Source: Saccharofermentans sp.
GTDB lineage: Bacteria > Bacillota > Clostridia > Saccharofermentanales > Saccharofermentanaceae
Direction: 5' to 3'
NCBI GenBank assembly: GCA_024403675.1
Contig: JAKSRH010000006.1
Location: 24,111 to 88,110, forward strand
DNA: 64,000 nt
Part shown: piece by piece, positions 10,687-20,345 of the stretch
Layout: the number at the start of each line of letters is the position of its first letter
Position numbering within the stretch: the first letter of the stretch is position 1
Translations under genes and position numbers: made by a program
The notes under the pieces: model-generated
Told to the model about the DNA's origin: nothing
Databases searched by the model: none
Seen by the model: only the letters and a program-made list of their open reading frames with translations

Positions 10687-11700
10687 ATGGGTCTTAATTT
10701 TAGAAAGAGTATTTCCATTTTCCCAGGTGTTAGACTTAACTTAAGTAAGTCAGGTGTTAGCACAAGCTTTGGTGTTAAGGGAATGCGCCAGTCAATTAGC
10801 ACAACAGGTAAAGCTGTAACTACACTCGGTATTCCGGGCACAGGTGTTTATTATACCAAACAAACAAATGTTAAGAAGCTTGCAACTGGCTTAAAAGATA
10901 AGTTTACAGGTAAGAATAAGAAGAATGCCAAAGCAGAAACCGCTGCAGCCCCAGTTAAGGAAAATGCTAAGAAAACTAATAAGGTAGATAAGGTGGAGAT
11001 TCCAGTAGCTGAGAATGAGGCTCAGGTAAAGGAATACGAGGCATATGTAGAGTCCATTAAGTCTGTACACAAGGTAAGCGACGGTCTTATTGATTGGACA
11101 GCACTTAAAAATGGAGAGGTTCCTTCTACTATCATTAAGGGTAGTGAGGAGCACAAGGAATGGCTCGCACTTCAGGAGTTCTCTGACAAAATTCTTGCTG
11201 GAGATATTGATAGTTACTTAGAAGTAGTTGCTGAAGTAAAGCCTTTCGATGATCTTCTTGAGTTTGGTAGTAACTTCCAGGTTGGTACAGATGACCCTAC
11301 AAAGCTTGAAGTAGAGTTTGGCGTAATGGCTGATGAGGTAGTGCCAAAAGTAGCACTTAGTCTTACTGCTAAGGGTGAGGTTTCTGAAAAGGAGCTTTCC
11401 AAAACAGCTTACTGTGATCTTTTACAGGACTATGTATGTAGTACAACAATTAGAATTGCTAGAGATGCTTTTGCTCTTCTTCCAGTTCAGGAAGTTATTG
11501 TACATGCTGTAGATAAGGTTCTTAATACTGCAACTGGATTTGAAGATGAGATGACACTTCTTTCTGTAAAGTTTGATAGAGAGACAGTAATGGCACTTAA
11601 CCTTGGTCTTGTTGATCCATCTGATGCACTTACAAATTTCCAGACAAATATGAAGTTTAAGAAGACAGAGGGATTTGCTCCTGTTGATAGAATTTCTTGA
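10687..11700 (+). CDS. DUF4236 domain protein
   Basis: N-terminal FRKSISIFPGVRLNLSKSGVSTSFG...GIPGTGVYY signature; ggagg RBS. Confidence 0.85.
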   Translation: MGLNFRKSISIFPGVRLNLSKSGVSTSFGVKGMRQSISTTGKAVTTLGIPGTGVYYTKQTNVKKLATGLKDKFTGKNKKNAKAETAAAPVKENAKKTNKVDKVEIPVAENEAQVKEYEAYVESIKSVHKVSDGLIDWTALKNGEVPSTIIKGSEEHKEWLALQEFSDKILAGDIDSYLEVVAEVKPFDDLLEFGSNFQVGTDDPTKLEVEFGVMADEVVPKVALSLTAKGEVSEKELSKTAYCDLLQDYVCSTTIRIARDAFALLPVQEVIVHAVDKVLNTATGFEDEMTLLSVKFDRETVMALNLGLVDPSDALTNFQTNMKFKKTEGFAPVDRIS

Positions 11701-11722
11701 TAATTTCTCAATAGTACTATGA

Positions 11723-11750
11723 ATAAAGACGGTCAATTGGCCGTCTTTAT
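11723..11750. terminator. Bidirectional terminator
   Basis: ataaagacggtc-aatt-ggccgtctttat between convergent genes. Confidence 0.7.
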
Positions 11751-14461
11751 TTTTTTCCTAATTTATAAACAAATTCGGGTATACCTGGAATAATAGATGA
11801 TAGGATTGGTATCGCAAACATTAGAATTAGTATGCTATAAAACAAAATAATAAATACAATATCTGTGAAACTTGATATGAGCTTAAATAACTTGGTTGTC
11901 AGTATAGTTATCTTGCGAGTAATTGCCATACAAAAACATACAAGAATTGCAAAAATGCAACTAATGATAATTCCTATTTTAGTACCGGGAGCGACAAATG
12001 ACATATTAATGCAAGCGGAATCACCTGTCACTTCAATAAGTCCCATTCCAGCAAATGATTTGAGTTCAGAAGGTTTGCCGTTTACTTCACAGTTCCAACC
12101 GTCTTGATATGCTATAGGAAGAATTATATATCGACTATTAATATTGGAAATATCCATTTCCAATGTTGTGTTACCTCTAGTAATAGAATTAACTACAGGT
12201 GAAACCGAGGTAATGGCATTAACATCATCAATATAGTTATCGATGTTAAGTGATGCCAAGTGGATTTGATCACTAGAGATATCACCACTAAATTCGATTG
12301 TTATTGTTTCGTCAGTGAAAAATCCGAGACAAACAATACCACTATAATTACCCATCTTATTTGGAATAATATGAGTGTTGTCTGGTATTCCTTCTGTAAA
12401 TGGTAAATAGATATAGTTGTTAGGAAACTCGTACGAAGGAATTAGTACAGGATTACCATTTATAGAAACTTCTGCTTTACATTCAGTAGGGTTATCGCCA
12501 AAGAAATAAATTGCTTGTGTACCTTGGATATCAATAATTGTCTTACAATCGATAATGTTATCTGACAAATCAGTAAGTAGCTGTCGATCTGATGTAATTA
12601 ACTTGTCGTAAATTAAGTTTTGTTGCTCAAAATAGTTATCTGCTCCACTTATATTTAGGTCATTAACTGATAATACAAGTGGAAGAGGATATTTTGCATT
12701 ATAAATATTGACTCCACCAAGTACATCTACCGTAGATGTCTTGTCGAATAATTTAGTAGGTAATTCTGCTGTTCCAAAGTATGTATGGTTATGAATTAAG
12801 GCGTCAGAAAAAACTGTACCACCATTATCGAGCTCTCTAGAATAGCTCATTTCATATCCAAGATAGTTATTATTTCTAATGGTATCTGTATTTATTACAT
12901 GCCAGAAATTTGAGACACCTTCGGTATCCATAAGAAGCGGATGATGGGCAGAAATCAGTGTATAGTCGATGTTTTTCACACGGTGAAATTCTGATGTATC
13001 CATATCTGCGATTGATTCAGCTATTATTTCAGAATTATAAAATACTGAAGGATTCCATCCATCGCGTAGTTCTTTGTTTGGATAGAAAGCAATCATAGAT
13101 AGAGTAGTTATTTCTGTTAGTACAAATGTAAGTGCAACAAGTTTTTTCTTATTGGCAAAAAGCAAGAAGTATGTGAGTAGCAAAATAAATTCTAAAAGAA
13201 GCCCAATAATACTATCTGCGAATTCTCCGAATTCTGCCATGCTTGGAGATAAGTACCACTTTTGAATTAAGAAAGTGATCACAACTGCAGCAATAATTGA
13301 TACAGGAATATAAATACCGAATTTTTTGTTCTTGGAATCTTGGTAGTAATCGTTTGTGATATTTACTGCAAAGCTAATCAGTGCAAAGCTAATAGTAAAT
13401 ATAAATCTAATAGGCCAAAAAGCACGACTGCCGCCGCACCAGAATACCTCTGTTGCAGGGATCGACATAGCAACAATAGACATTAATATGAGTATTAGGT
13501 CAGCTTTATACCTAATTAATTGTTCTTTAATTGTTTGTTTATAGTAGAAGAAATGGAAAATAATTACGGCAAACGGTAGAGAAATATTAACTAAAAGTCT
13601 AAGAATTACACATGTATCAGTTGGTGTGAATTCTTGGAATAATATACTGGCATAGGTAATTAATATAGATGAATATCTCGCCCCTCTAGGTGAAGAGGAT
13701 ATAGCAATCCATGCGGGTAATGATACAAAAGCACTTAGTCCAATTGCGGTGATTACGCTAATTCCAAGTATTGCAGTATTCTTTTTTCTATCCTTTTTAT
13801 CAACTCTTCCAGTATAGTATTTTGCTCCGTAATACAAGAAAATAAAGACTAGTGAGAGAGCAGTTGTATATATGTCTGTGATAAATGCATATGCAAGAAT
13901 GAATACGAAAAATAAAGGCTTTTTACGTGAGGTAATTCTGTCTAATCCAATCATCATAAGTGGAAGAAAAAAAGCAGCTTCCATAATAAGCATAATCTGA
14001 TAGTGTACAAGACATGCCCCACCAAATGCATAAAGAATACTTCCGATTATTTGTCCGCTTCGAGTATTTTTGTATTTGCGTAAATATGCATACATGCTTA
14101 TACCTATGCATGCCATCTTGATTGCGACAAATATGTTTGCAAATTTATAAATGGAATTTCGAGTTACAAAATAAAGGAATATGTTAAGTGGACTGAAGAA
14201 GCCACCAAGATTAAATGCTCCAGAAATATTAATACCCATTCCTGATTTCCAAGTAAAAAATGGGGAGGCTTTGAAGTGAAGAACATCCCAATAATAAGTG
14301 AGTGCTGGAATAGTCTGCTGTGTCATATCAGCACGAGAAATGAGTCCATTACCAAAAGGATATAATCCATTAATTGCGAATACCAAAAACATCACCCCGA
14401 GAATTACACCCGTGATAATGCCAATATCAGACCAGGTTGTTTTATTAACCTTAAGTTTCAT
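11747..14461 (-). CDS. YfhO-family membrane protein (GT-C-type glycosylation of cell-wall polymers)
   Basis: 904 aa, N-terminal YPFG...D..QQ..P, FTWKSGMG, many TM helices, C-terminal PIAYQDGW.C.VNG. Confidence 0.85.
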   Translation of the reverse strand: MKLKVNKTTWSDIGIITGVILGVMFLVFAINGLYPFGNGLISRADMTQQTIPALTYYWDVLHFKASPFFTWKSGMGINISGAFNLGGFFSPLNIFLYFVTRNSIYKFANIFVAIKMACIGISMYAYLRKYKNTRSGQIIGSILYAFGGACLVHYQIMLIMEAAFFLPLMMIGLDRITSRKKPLFFVFILAYAFITDIYTTALSLVFIFLYYGAKYYTGRVDKKDRKKNTAILGISVITAIGLSAFVSLPAWIAISSSPRGARYSSILITYASILFQEFTPTDTCVILRLLVNISLPFAVIIFHFFYYKQTIKEQLIRYKADLILILMSIVAMSIPATEVFWCGGSRAFWPIRFIFTISFALISFAVNITNDYYQDSKNKKFGIYIPVSIIAAVVITFLIQKWYLSPSMAEFGEFADSIIGLLLEFILLLTYFLLFANKKKLVALTFVLTEITTLSMIAFYPNKELRDGWNPSVFYNSEIIAESIADMDTSEFHRVKNIDYTLISAHHPLLMDTEGVSNFWHVINTDTIRNNNYLGYEMSYSRELDNGGTVFSDALIHNHTYFGTAELPTKLFDKTSTVDVLGGVNIYNAKYPLPLVLSVNDLNISGADNYFEQQNLIYDKLITSDRQLLTDLSDNIIDCKTIIDIQGTQAIYFFGDNPTECKAEVSINGNPVLIPSYEFPNNYIYLPFTEGIPDNTHIIPNKMGNYSGIVCLGFFTDETITIEFSGDISSDQIHLASLNIDNYIDDVNAITSVSPVVNSITRGNTTLEMDISNINSRYIILPIAYQDGWNCEVNGKPSELKSFAGMGLIEVTGDSACINMSFVAPGTKIGIIISCIFAILVCFCMAITRKITILTTKLFKLISSFTDIVFIILFYSILILMFAIPILSSIIPGIPEFVYKLGKK

Positions 14462-14464
14462 CCG

Positions 14465-15544
14465 TTACTCCAAAATAAAGTTCATAATTACAGGATCGTG
14501 GTCAGAATATGCATACTGCCAGTCAACGTTTTCGTACCCTGTAACGCTGATATTATCAGATACTATAAACCCATCTACCATTACAGTAAAGGCATCGTTA
14601 GGGTCATAAGGTTTATCGGCATTACGACATGAATCGTGATCTATATCAGGACTATCAATAGTATCAAATGCCATGCTAAATCCAGAAGGAAGCTTCTCTC
14701 TTGGGAAAATCTGAGCCCAATCAGGTGCATTAGAATCCGCATCTATACGAAGATTGTGGTTATAATCTCCACCACAGATAACATAATTTCCAGCTTTGTA
14801 ATCATCTTCCATATCACCGAAGAGCATAGAAGTCTGTCCTTCGCGCACAGATTCATCACTACCGTATGCGGAAAGATGCACATTGTATATACAAAGGAAT
14901 TTTCCATTTTCTGTAGGGATTCTAGTAACGGAATAACATCTATCCAAGTCAAGAATTTTGGATACGGATGTTGATATTGGAAGCTGTCTTCTAATAGCGT
15001 TATCGATACTAAATTCAGTGCTTGTTACAAGGCCTGAATTGTTAGCTCCATGAGGTTCTGTAAAAGGATACATAAGAAATGCGGAGTGATAGTTTTGAGC
15101 AAAAACGTAATTGTTATCACCCAAGATATCTTGGAACATCTCATATTCATTTACGTGGTAAGTTCTTGTTCCATCAATATCCACTTCCTGGAGTACAACA
15201 AAATCTGGATTCATGCCTTTAATGTTATTTGCTATTGTGGAAAGGTTTTCCTTAAGTCCCTCTTCACTTACTGCCCAAGAGGATTTACCACCATCCATGA
15301 AGAAACTGTAATCTGATGTGTATGCACCAAAGCCAATGTTATAGGACAAAATGGAATATTCTTCTTGGCATTTTACACTGCTGTTATTAGGGGCACCTAC
15401 AGTAGTTGGTGTAAGAACCAAATTATCCTCGATTCTGCTATAAGAACCAAAAACATATGCAACATAAATAAGTGCTACAAGAATTATTGAAGCAAGTGCA
15501 ATTAATATTATTTTTATCGGCTTTTTTAGTTTTTTACGTGCCAT
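14465..15544 (-). CDS. Membrane-anchored endonuclease/exonuclease/phosphatase family protein
   Basis: SYNIG, LQEVD, NVHLSA, GGDYN, SDHDPV motifs; N-terminal TM. Confidence 0.88.
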   Translation of the reverse strand: MARKKLKKPIKIILIALASIILVALIYVAYVFGSYSRIEDNLVLTPTTVGAPNNSSVKCQEEYSILSYNIGFGAYTSDYSFFMDGGKSSWAVSEEGLKENLSTIANNIKGMNPDFVVLQEVDIDGTRTYHVNEYEMFQDILGDNNYVFAQNYHSAFLMYPFTEPHGANNSGLVTSTEFSIDNAIRRQLPISTSVSKILDLDRCYSVTRIPTENGKFLCIYNVHLSAYGSDESVREGQTSMLFGDMEDDYKAGNYVICGGDYNHNLRIDADSNAPDWAQIFPREKLPSGFSMAFDTIDSPDIDHDSCRNADKPYDPNDAFTVMVDGFIVSDNISVTGYENVDWQYAYSDHDPVIMNFILE

Positions 15545-17457
15545 TATCTTTTACCTTTTTTCCCTTGTTTCTTATAGTCGAATGACTTTTTGTTAGGACC
15601 GTGTCCGTTCTTTTTGTTGTTATAGTTATTAGTAGATTTTGACGTAGTTTTTTGCTCGACTTTACGTGGCGCGATTAGGCATTTTGTGCGGTCAAAACCA
15701 ATTAAATCCTGACGATGAGCTCGAAGTAGAGCTTCTTTTACAAGCTCATAATTTTCTGGTTTACGATACTGAATTAGAGCGCGCTGCATAGCCTTATCGT
15801 GAGGACTTCTAATTACAGACACATGCTTCATTGTGCGTGGGTCGAGACCAGTGTAGTACATACATGTGGATATAGTAGAAGGTGTAGGATAGAAGTCCTG
15901 AACCTGTTCTGGCATGTATCCCATGTCACGCACGCTTTCTGCGAGCTGGATAGCATCAGTGATAGTGGAACCAGGGTGCGATGAAATAAGATAAGGCACA
16001 ACAAACTGGTTCATACCAAGACGCTTATTCATATTGTTAAATCTCTTAACAAACTCTTGATAAACACTGTTTCTAGGTTTACCCATGAGGTCTAATACGT
16101 TATCGCTAACATGCTCAGGTGCAACGCGAAGCTGACCACTAATATGGTACTGGCAAAGCTCTTTAAGGAAGCTATCGCTTTTGTCCGCTAGCATGTAGTC
16201 AAAGCGGATACCAGAACGGATAAATACCTTCTTTACCTTTGGTATAGAGCGGAGCTTACGAAGCAAATTAATGTAGTCAGTGTGATCCACTTTCATGTTT
16301 TTGCATGGGGCAGGATAGAGGCACTGTTTATGAGGGCATGCGCCTTTAGTAAGCTGTTTGTCACAAGCAGGTCTTCGAAAATTAGCAGTAGGGCCACCGA
16401 CGTCATGGATGTAGCCTTTAAAGTCAGGATCTTGTGTCATAGCAGTAGCTTCTTTAATCAAGCTTTCGTGACTTCTTACTTGGACTATGCGGCCCTGATG
16501 GAAAGTCAGTGCACAGAAGCTACAACCTCCGAAGCAACCACGGTTACTTGTAAGTGAGAACTTAATCTCAGATATAGCAGGGACACCACCAAGTCTCTTG
16601 TAACTTGGGTGGTAATTATTCATGTAAGGAAGCTCGTAAACGTCGTCGAGCTCAATCGTGGTAAGTGGTCTAGAAGGTGGGTTCTGAACTACAAACCAGG
16701 AGTCATCGTATTCTTCAATAAGTGGACGTGCGGATGCAAAGTCAGTATTAAGGTACTGTGTGTTAAAACTTTTGGCATACTCGCGCTTATCCTTAAGAAG
16801 GTCGGAATAACTTGGTAAAGTGATGCCATCAACCACATTAGAAATATCGCGTGTTTTGTAAGCGGTACCTGGCACGAAAGTGATGTCTTTTGCATCCAAG
16901 CCACTATCTAGCGCTTCTGCTAAAGCGACAATGGCAAGCTCTCCCATGCCGTACATTAAGATGTCTGCACCAGAGTCAATAAGGATAGACTTTTTTAATT
17001 TGTCAGACCAATAGTCATAGTGAGCAAGACGACGAAGACTAGCTTCGATACCGCCGATCATGATAGGACTATTTTTGTATTTACGCTTAATAAGATTGCA
17101 GTAAACGATAGTAGCGTAATCAGGTCGCTTGCCTGCTACTCCACCTGGAGTATACGCGTCTTGTGAACGGCGCTTTTTACTAACAGTATAGTGGTTGACC
17201 ATGGAGTCCATGTTACCAGCACTTACCAAGAAGCCAAGACGAGGTTCTCCAAATGTTGTGATACTGTTTTCATCTTTCCAATTAGGCTGTGAAATAATAG
17301 CTACTTTAAAGCCGTGACGCTCCAAAATTCTACTAATTATGGCAGGACCAAATGAAGAGTGATCTACATAGGCGTCGCCAATAACAAACACGAAGTCAGG
17401 CCTATCCCAGCCGCGCTTCTTCATGTCATCTAGTGTTATTGGGAGGAAGTCACTCAT
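15544..17457 (-). CDS. YgiQ (UPF0313) family radical SAM protein
   Basis: GDAYVDHSSFG, GGIEASLRR, RGCFGGCSFC, QVQDFYPTP. Confidence 0.93.
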   Translation of the reverse strand: MSDFLPITLDDMKKRGWDRPDFVFVIGDAYVDHSSFGPAIISRILERHGFKVAIISQPNWKDENSITTFGEPRLGFLVSAGNMDSMVNHYTVSKKRRSQDAYTPGGVAGKRPDYATIVYCNLIKRKYKNSPIMIGGIEASLRRLAHYDYWSDKLKKSILIDSGADILMYGMGELAIVALAEALDSGLDAKDITFVPGTAYKTRDISNVVDGITLPSYSDLLKDKREYAKSFNTQYLNTDFASARPLIEEYDDSWFVVQNPPSRPLTTIELDDVYELPYMNNYHPSYKRLGGVPAISEIKFSLTSNRGCFGGCSFCALTFHQGRIVQVRSHESLIKEATAMTQDPDFKGYIHDVGGPTANFRRPACDKQLTKGACPHKQCLYPAPCKNMKVDHTDYINLLRKLRSIPKVKKVFIRSGIRFDYMLADKSDSFLKELCQYHISGQLRVAPEHVSDNVLDLMGKPRNSVYQEFVKRFNNMNKRLGMNQFVVPYLISSHPGSTITDAIQLAESVRDMGYMPEQVQDFYPTPSTISTCMYYTGLDPRTMKHVSVIRSPHDKAMQRALIQYRKPENYELVKEALLRAHRQDLIGFDRTKCLIAPRKVEQKTTSKSTNNYNNKKNGHGPNKKSFDYKKQGKKGKR

Positions 17458-17472
17458 GTCGATTAGTTCTCC

Positions 17473-18483
17473 TTATAGCATGTAATAGAATGGAGGGCAG
17501 AGATATCTCAATATAGCAATAATTGGTAGGTAACTTGCAAGGTCAATAAAGACAGGACAAATTACGATATAAAGAATAGTCAAAATAGGAATCATACCCA
17601 TAATGGTTTGACGCTTCTTGATGATATAGCTGCATGCCACGCATAGTACTATAAGTAGAATATCATAAAGAAGAATACTAATGAGTTCTTTTAGTATTCC
17701 ATTATTCGCTTCTTGAATTAGTGAACCAATAAGTGCAAATGGAGTGAGCATAATAATTGGTACTGTAAAGTAAACGATTCTGAAGATAAATCTATTCTTT
17801 GGCATTACAGGATAAAGAAGTCCGCGTTCCTTTTCTGAGATGAAATCAGAAATGATGAGCATACCAAATAGACACATAATAACGCCAATGATGTTATGCG
17901 CAGATCTATTTACAGCATTTGTCTCACGTAAATCAGGCTGAATCTTCTTTATAGAGTAATTAAGAAGTGTTTCACTTGTGTGCTCGTCGAAGTTCGCCTT
18001 AAATAAATCCTCATCACCTTCTCCAATAGCAATAGGTGTGTAATAGCGTGTGTACTGCCTATAGTATTCACTAAATACAATCTCGTTTACGATATCAGTC
18101 TGAAGGTTTCCGATTCTCTCTACCAAGATGATATTACCTTGAAGTTTACCTTTGGCGATTCTTTCAGTCTGATTCTTCTCGAGAATATATCCGCAAAGAG
18201 CAGTGTGGTTTCTAACATCATGTAAAATCTTGTCTTCATCTTCTTCATAGACAAAGGAATAACCATCATATTCTCCTTCAAGGTTAGCTATAAAGTTATC
18301 TGATACTTCGTCGTGTGAGCGAGCACAAATGTATATAATCTCTGTGTGCTTTTCAGTGGACAATGAGCCGAATTTTCCTAGTCCAATACATAGAAGTGGA
18401 ATTAATATTAGTAGCGCAATAAAGGCTCTGTTGAGTAAAGTCTTTTTTATCAAAATTTTGAACCAAGAGTTAATTGTTCTCAT
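17473..18483 (-). CDS. ABC-2 type transporter permease
   Basis: N-terminal TM, extracellular loop, C-terminal TM bundle; overlaps upstream permease. Confidence 0.7.
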   Translation of the reverse strand: MRTINSWFKILIKKTLLNRAFIALLILIPLLCIGLGKFGSLSTEKHTEIIYICARSHDEVSDNFIANLEGEYDGYSFVYEEDEDKILHDVRNHTALCGYILEKNQTERIAKGKLQGNIILVERIGNLQTDIVNEIVFSEYYRQYTRYYTPIAIGEGDEDLFKANFDEHTSETLLNYSIKKIQPDLRETNAVNRSAHNIIGVIMCLFGMLIISDFISEKERGLLYPVMPKNRFIFRIVYFTVPIIMLTPFALIGSLIQEANNGILKELISILLYDILLIVLCVACSYIIKKRQTIMGMIPILTILYIVICPVFIDLASYLPIIAILRYLCPPFYYML

Positions 18484-19654
18484 ATGCGTCACCTCGTGTA
18501 AAACTTACAACTAATGTAAGAACAACAGTTATAGCAAGACAAATAAGAGCAGATGTAATAGTTCCTCCATTCATTCGACCAAAGAATGTTTGACCATAAA
18601 GAGCAGAAGGATACTTGGTCAGAATATACTCACTAATTTGAGCAACCTGGTCTGGTAGGAAAGTGAGCGGAATAATATTTCCTGATAAGAATAAGAAAAT
18701 TACGGATACGAAGATACAGAAAAGTGTAGATACTGTTTTATCAGGAAAAATCTCATGGATAAGAATAATAAGAGATAAAAGTACTATAGTAGCAAGCATA
18801 GAAGAAAGAATGCCTGAAATCATAAATTCATCCCACATAACATATTGAAAAGCTGCTATTCCAACACCAGTTAATACAGAGAAGAATCCGATAAAAGCTA
18901 AATACTTGGATGCAAACAAATCAAATTTTGTGAGACCAGTTCTTTTGGCAAACTTTATGAAGTTTTTGTCATCGTTTTTACCAAATCCGATTACTACAGA
19001 AGAACTTAAAAGCATAATAAGCGCTACAGCATTTCCAAGGTAATAGTGCTTAAGAGGGATATCTCCTGAATCATAGAAAACAATACGCTCATAGTAGCGA
19101 TTACGGTGGATAAGGTAATCCATGAGTTCGTCTTCGAAGTCATTAAATTTACTACGGTTATAGTCATCGTATGTAGCTTTTACAACATCTCTTGTGGCGT
19201 TAAGAACCAAGTAATCAGTAATACCAGCGCTGACAATAGAACCGAACATAGATGTAAGGAATTGATCGTTATCACTATAAATAAACTCTACAGCATTTAC
19301 AGGGAGGGCAGGATTAAAGTCCTCCGCATCAGATGCGTTATAAACTAGAAGTACAGCGGCAATCTCATTTTTCTCAAGTGCCCTTAATGCAGCATCTTTT
19401 TTGTATTTTTTGAGATTGCAGTTGGCGCCTTTGGCCATGTATTTAAGGCCTACGCTGAACCACTCATCCTCTTCTTCAAAAACATAAGCTACATTAATCT
19501 TAGTTACGTTTTCACCAAAGATAGATGTGATTGAGAAAATGAGCGCAGCAGAAATAATAGCAACAACTAGAATTACTGCCATGATTTTTGGAATCTCTCG
19601 GATACTCTTTTTAAAGAGAATTTTATAGAACTGTTTTCTGTAACCGTTTCTCAT
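18470..19654 (-). CDS. ABC-2 type transporter permease
   Basis: TM-loop-TM bundle with FLSGNIIPLTFLP motif. Confidence 0.75.
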   Translation of the reverse strand: MRNGYRKQFYKILFKKSIREIPKIMAVILVVAIISAALIFSITSIFGENVTKINVAYVFEEEDEWFSVGLKYMAKGANCNLKKYKKDAALRALEKNEIAAVLLVYNASDAEDFNPALPVNAVEFIYSDNDQFLTSMFGSIVSAGITDYLVLNATRDVVKATYDDYNRSKFNDFEDELMDYLIHRNRYYERIVFYDSGDIPLKHYYLGNAVALIMLLSSSVVIGFGKNDDKNFIKFAKRTGLTKFDLFASKYLAFIGFFSVLTGVGIAAFQYVMWDEFMISGILSSMLATIVLLSLIILIHEIFPDKTVSTLFCIFVSVIFLFLSGNIIPLTFLPDQVAQISEYILTKYPSALYGQTFFGRMNGGTITSALICLAITVVLTLVVSFTRGDAYENN

Positions 19655-20334
19655 AACTTGTCCTTAAAAATCTCCTTTAAAGATGTGACAGGAACCTCAG
19701 TGATTTTGCCTCCAGCAATATAGAAAATCTTGTTGCACACACCAATATCACCTTCTTCATGAGTAGAGTGAATAACAATATTTCCAAGAGAAGCATACTT
19801 TTGGAGCATCTTCTGAATTTGAAGCTTACAAACGATATCAAGAGATGCATTAGCTTCATCTAGAAGGAGAATCTTTGGATTATTTGCTAGAGCGCAGGCA
19901 ATAGATACACGCTTTTGCATACCGCCTGACATACGACTTACACGCTTGTTGATATATTCATTGATGCCAAGCTCCTTGATAAGACCCTCTTTAAGATCCT
20001 TATCAAGCTTTGCCTTATCGCCTTGATACCAGAAAAGGAGATTGTCGTAGGCGCTAAGACTATCAATGAGACTATTGTGCTGAGGCACATATGATACATA
20101 CTGCCAGCTCTTATTAAGTGGCACCTCGTTGCCGTCAATGTTAAAAGTGATATTACCTTTATCGCATTTTATGATGCCTGCAATCATATTAAGAAGGGTA
20201 GACTTACCACAACCGTTCTCGCCTACTAGGGCAATACAGTCTCCGCCTTTTACAGACAAAGCAGCATCTTCAAAAAGTACATTCTTTTTGTATCTCTTAT
20301 ATAGATTACTTATTTCCAAAGATAGGTTATCCAT
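19651..20334 (-). CDS. ABC transporter ATP-binding protein
   Basis: GENGCGKST, MSGGMQKR, LLLDE. Confidence 0.92.
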   Translation of the reverse strand: MDNLSLEISNLYKRYKKNVLFEDAALSVKGGDCIALVGENGCGKSTLLNMIAGIIKCDKGNITFNIDGNEVPLNKSWQYVSYVPQHNSLIDSLSAYDNLLFWYQGDKAKLDKDLKEGLIKELGINEYINKRVSRMSGGMQKRVSIACALANNPKILLLDEANASLDIVCKLQIQKMLQKYASLGNIVIHSTHEEGDIGVCNKIFYIAGGKITEVPVTSLKEIFKDKL

Positions 20335-20345
20335 TTATACCTCAC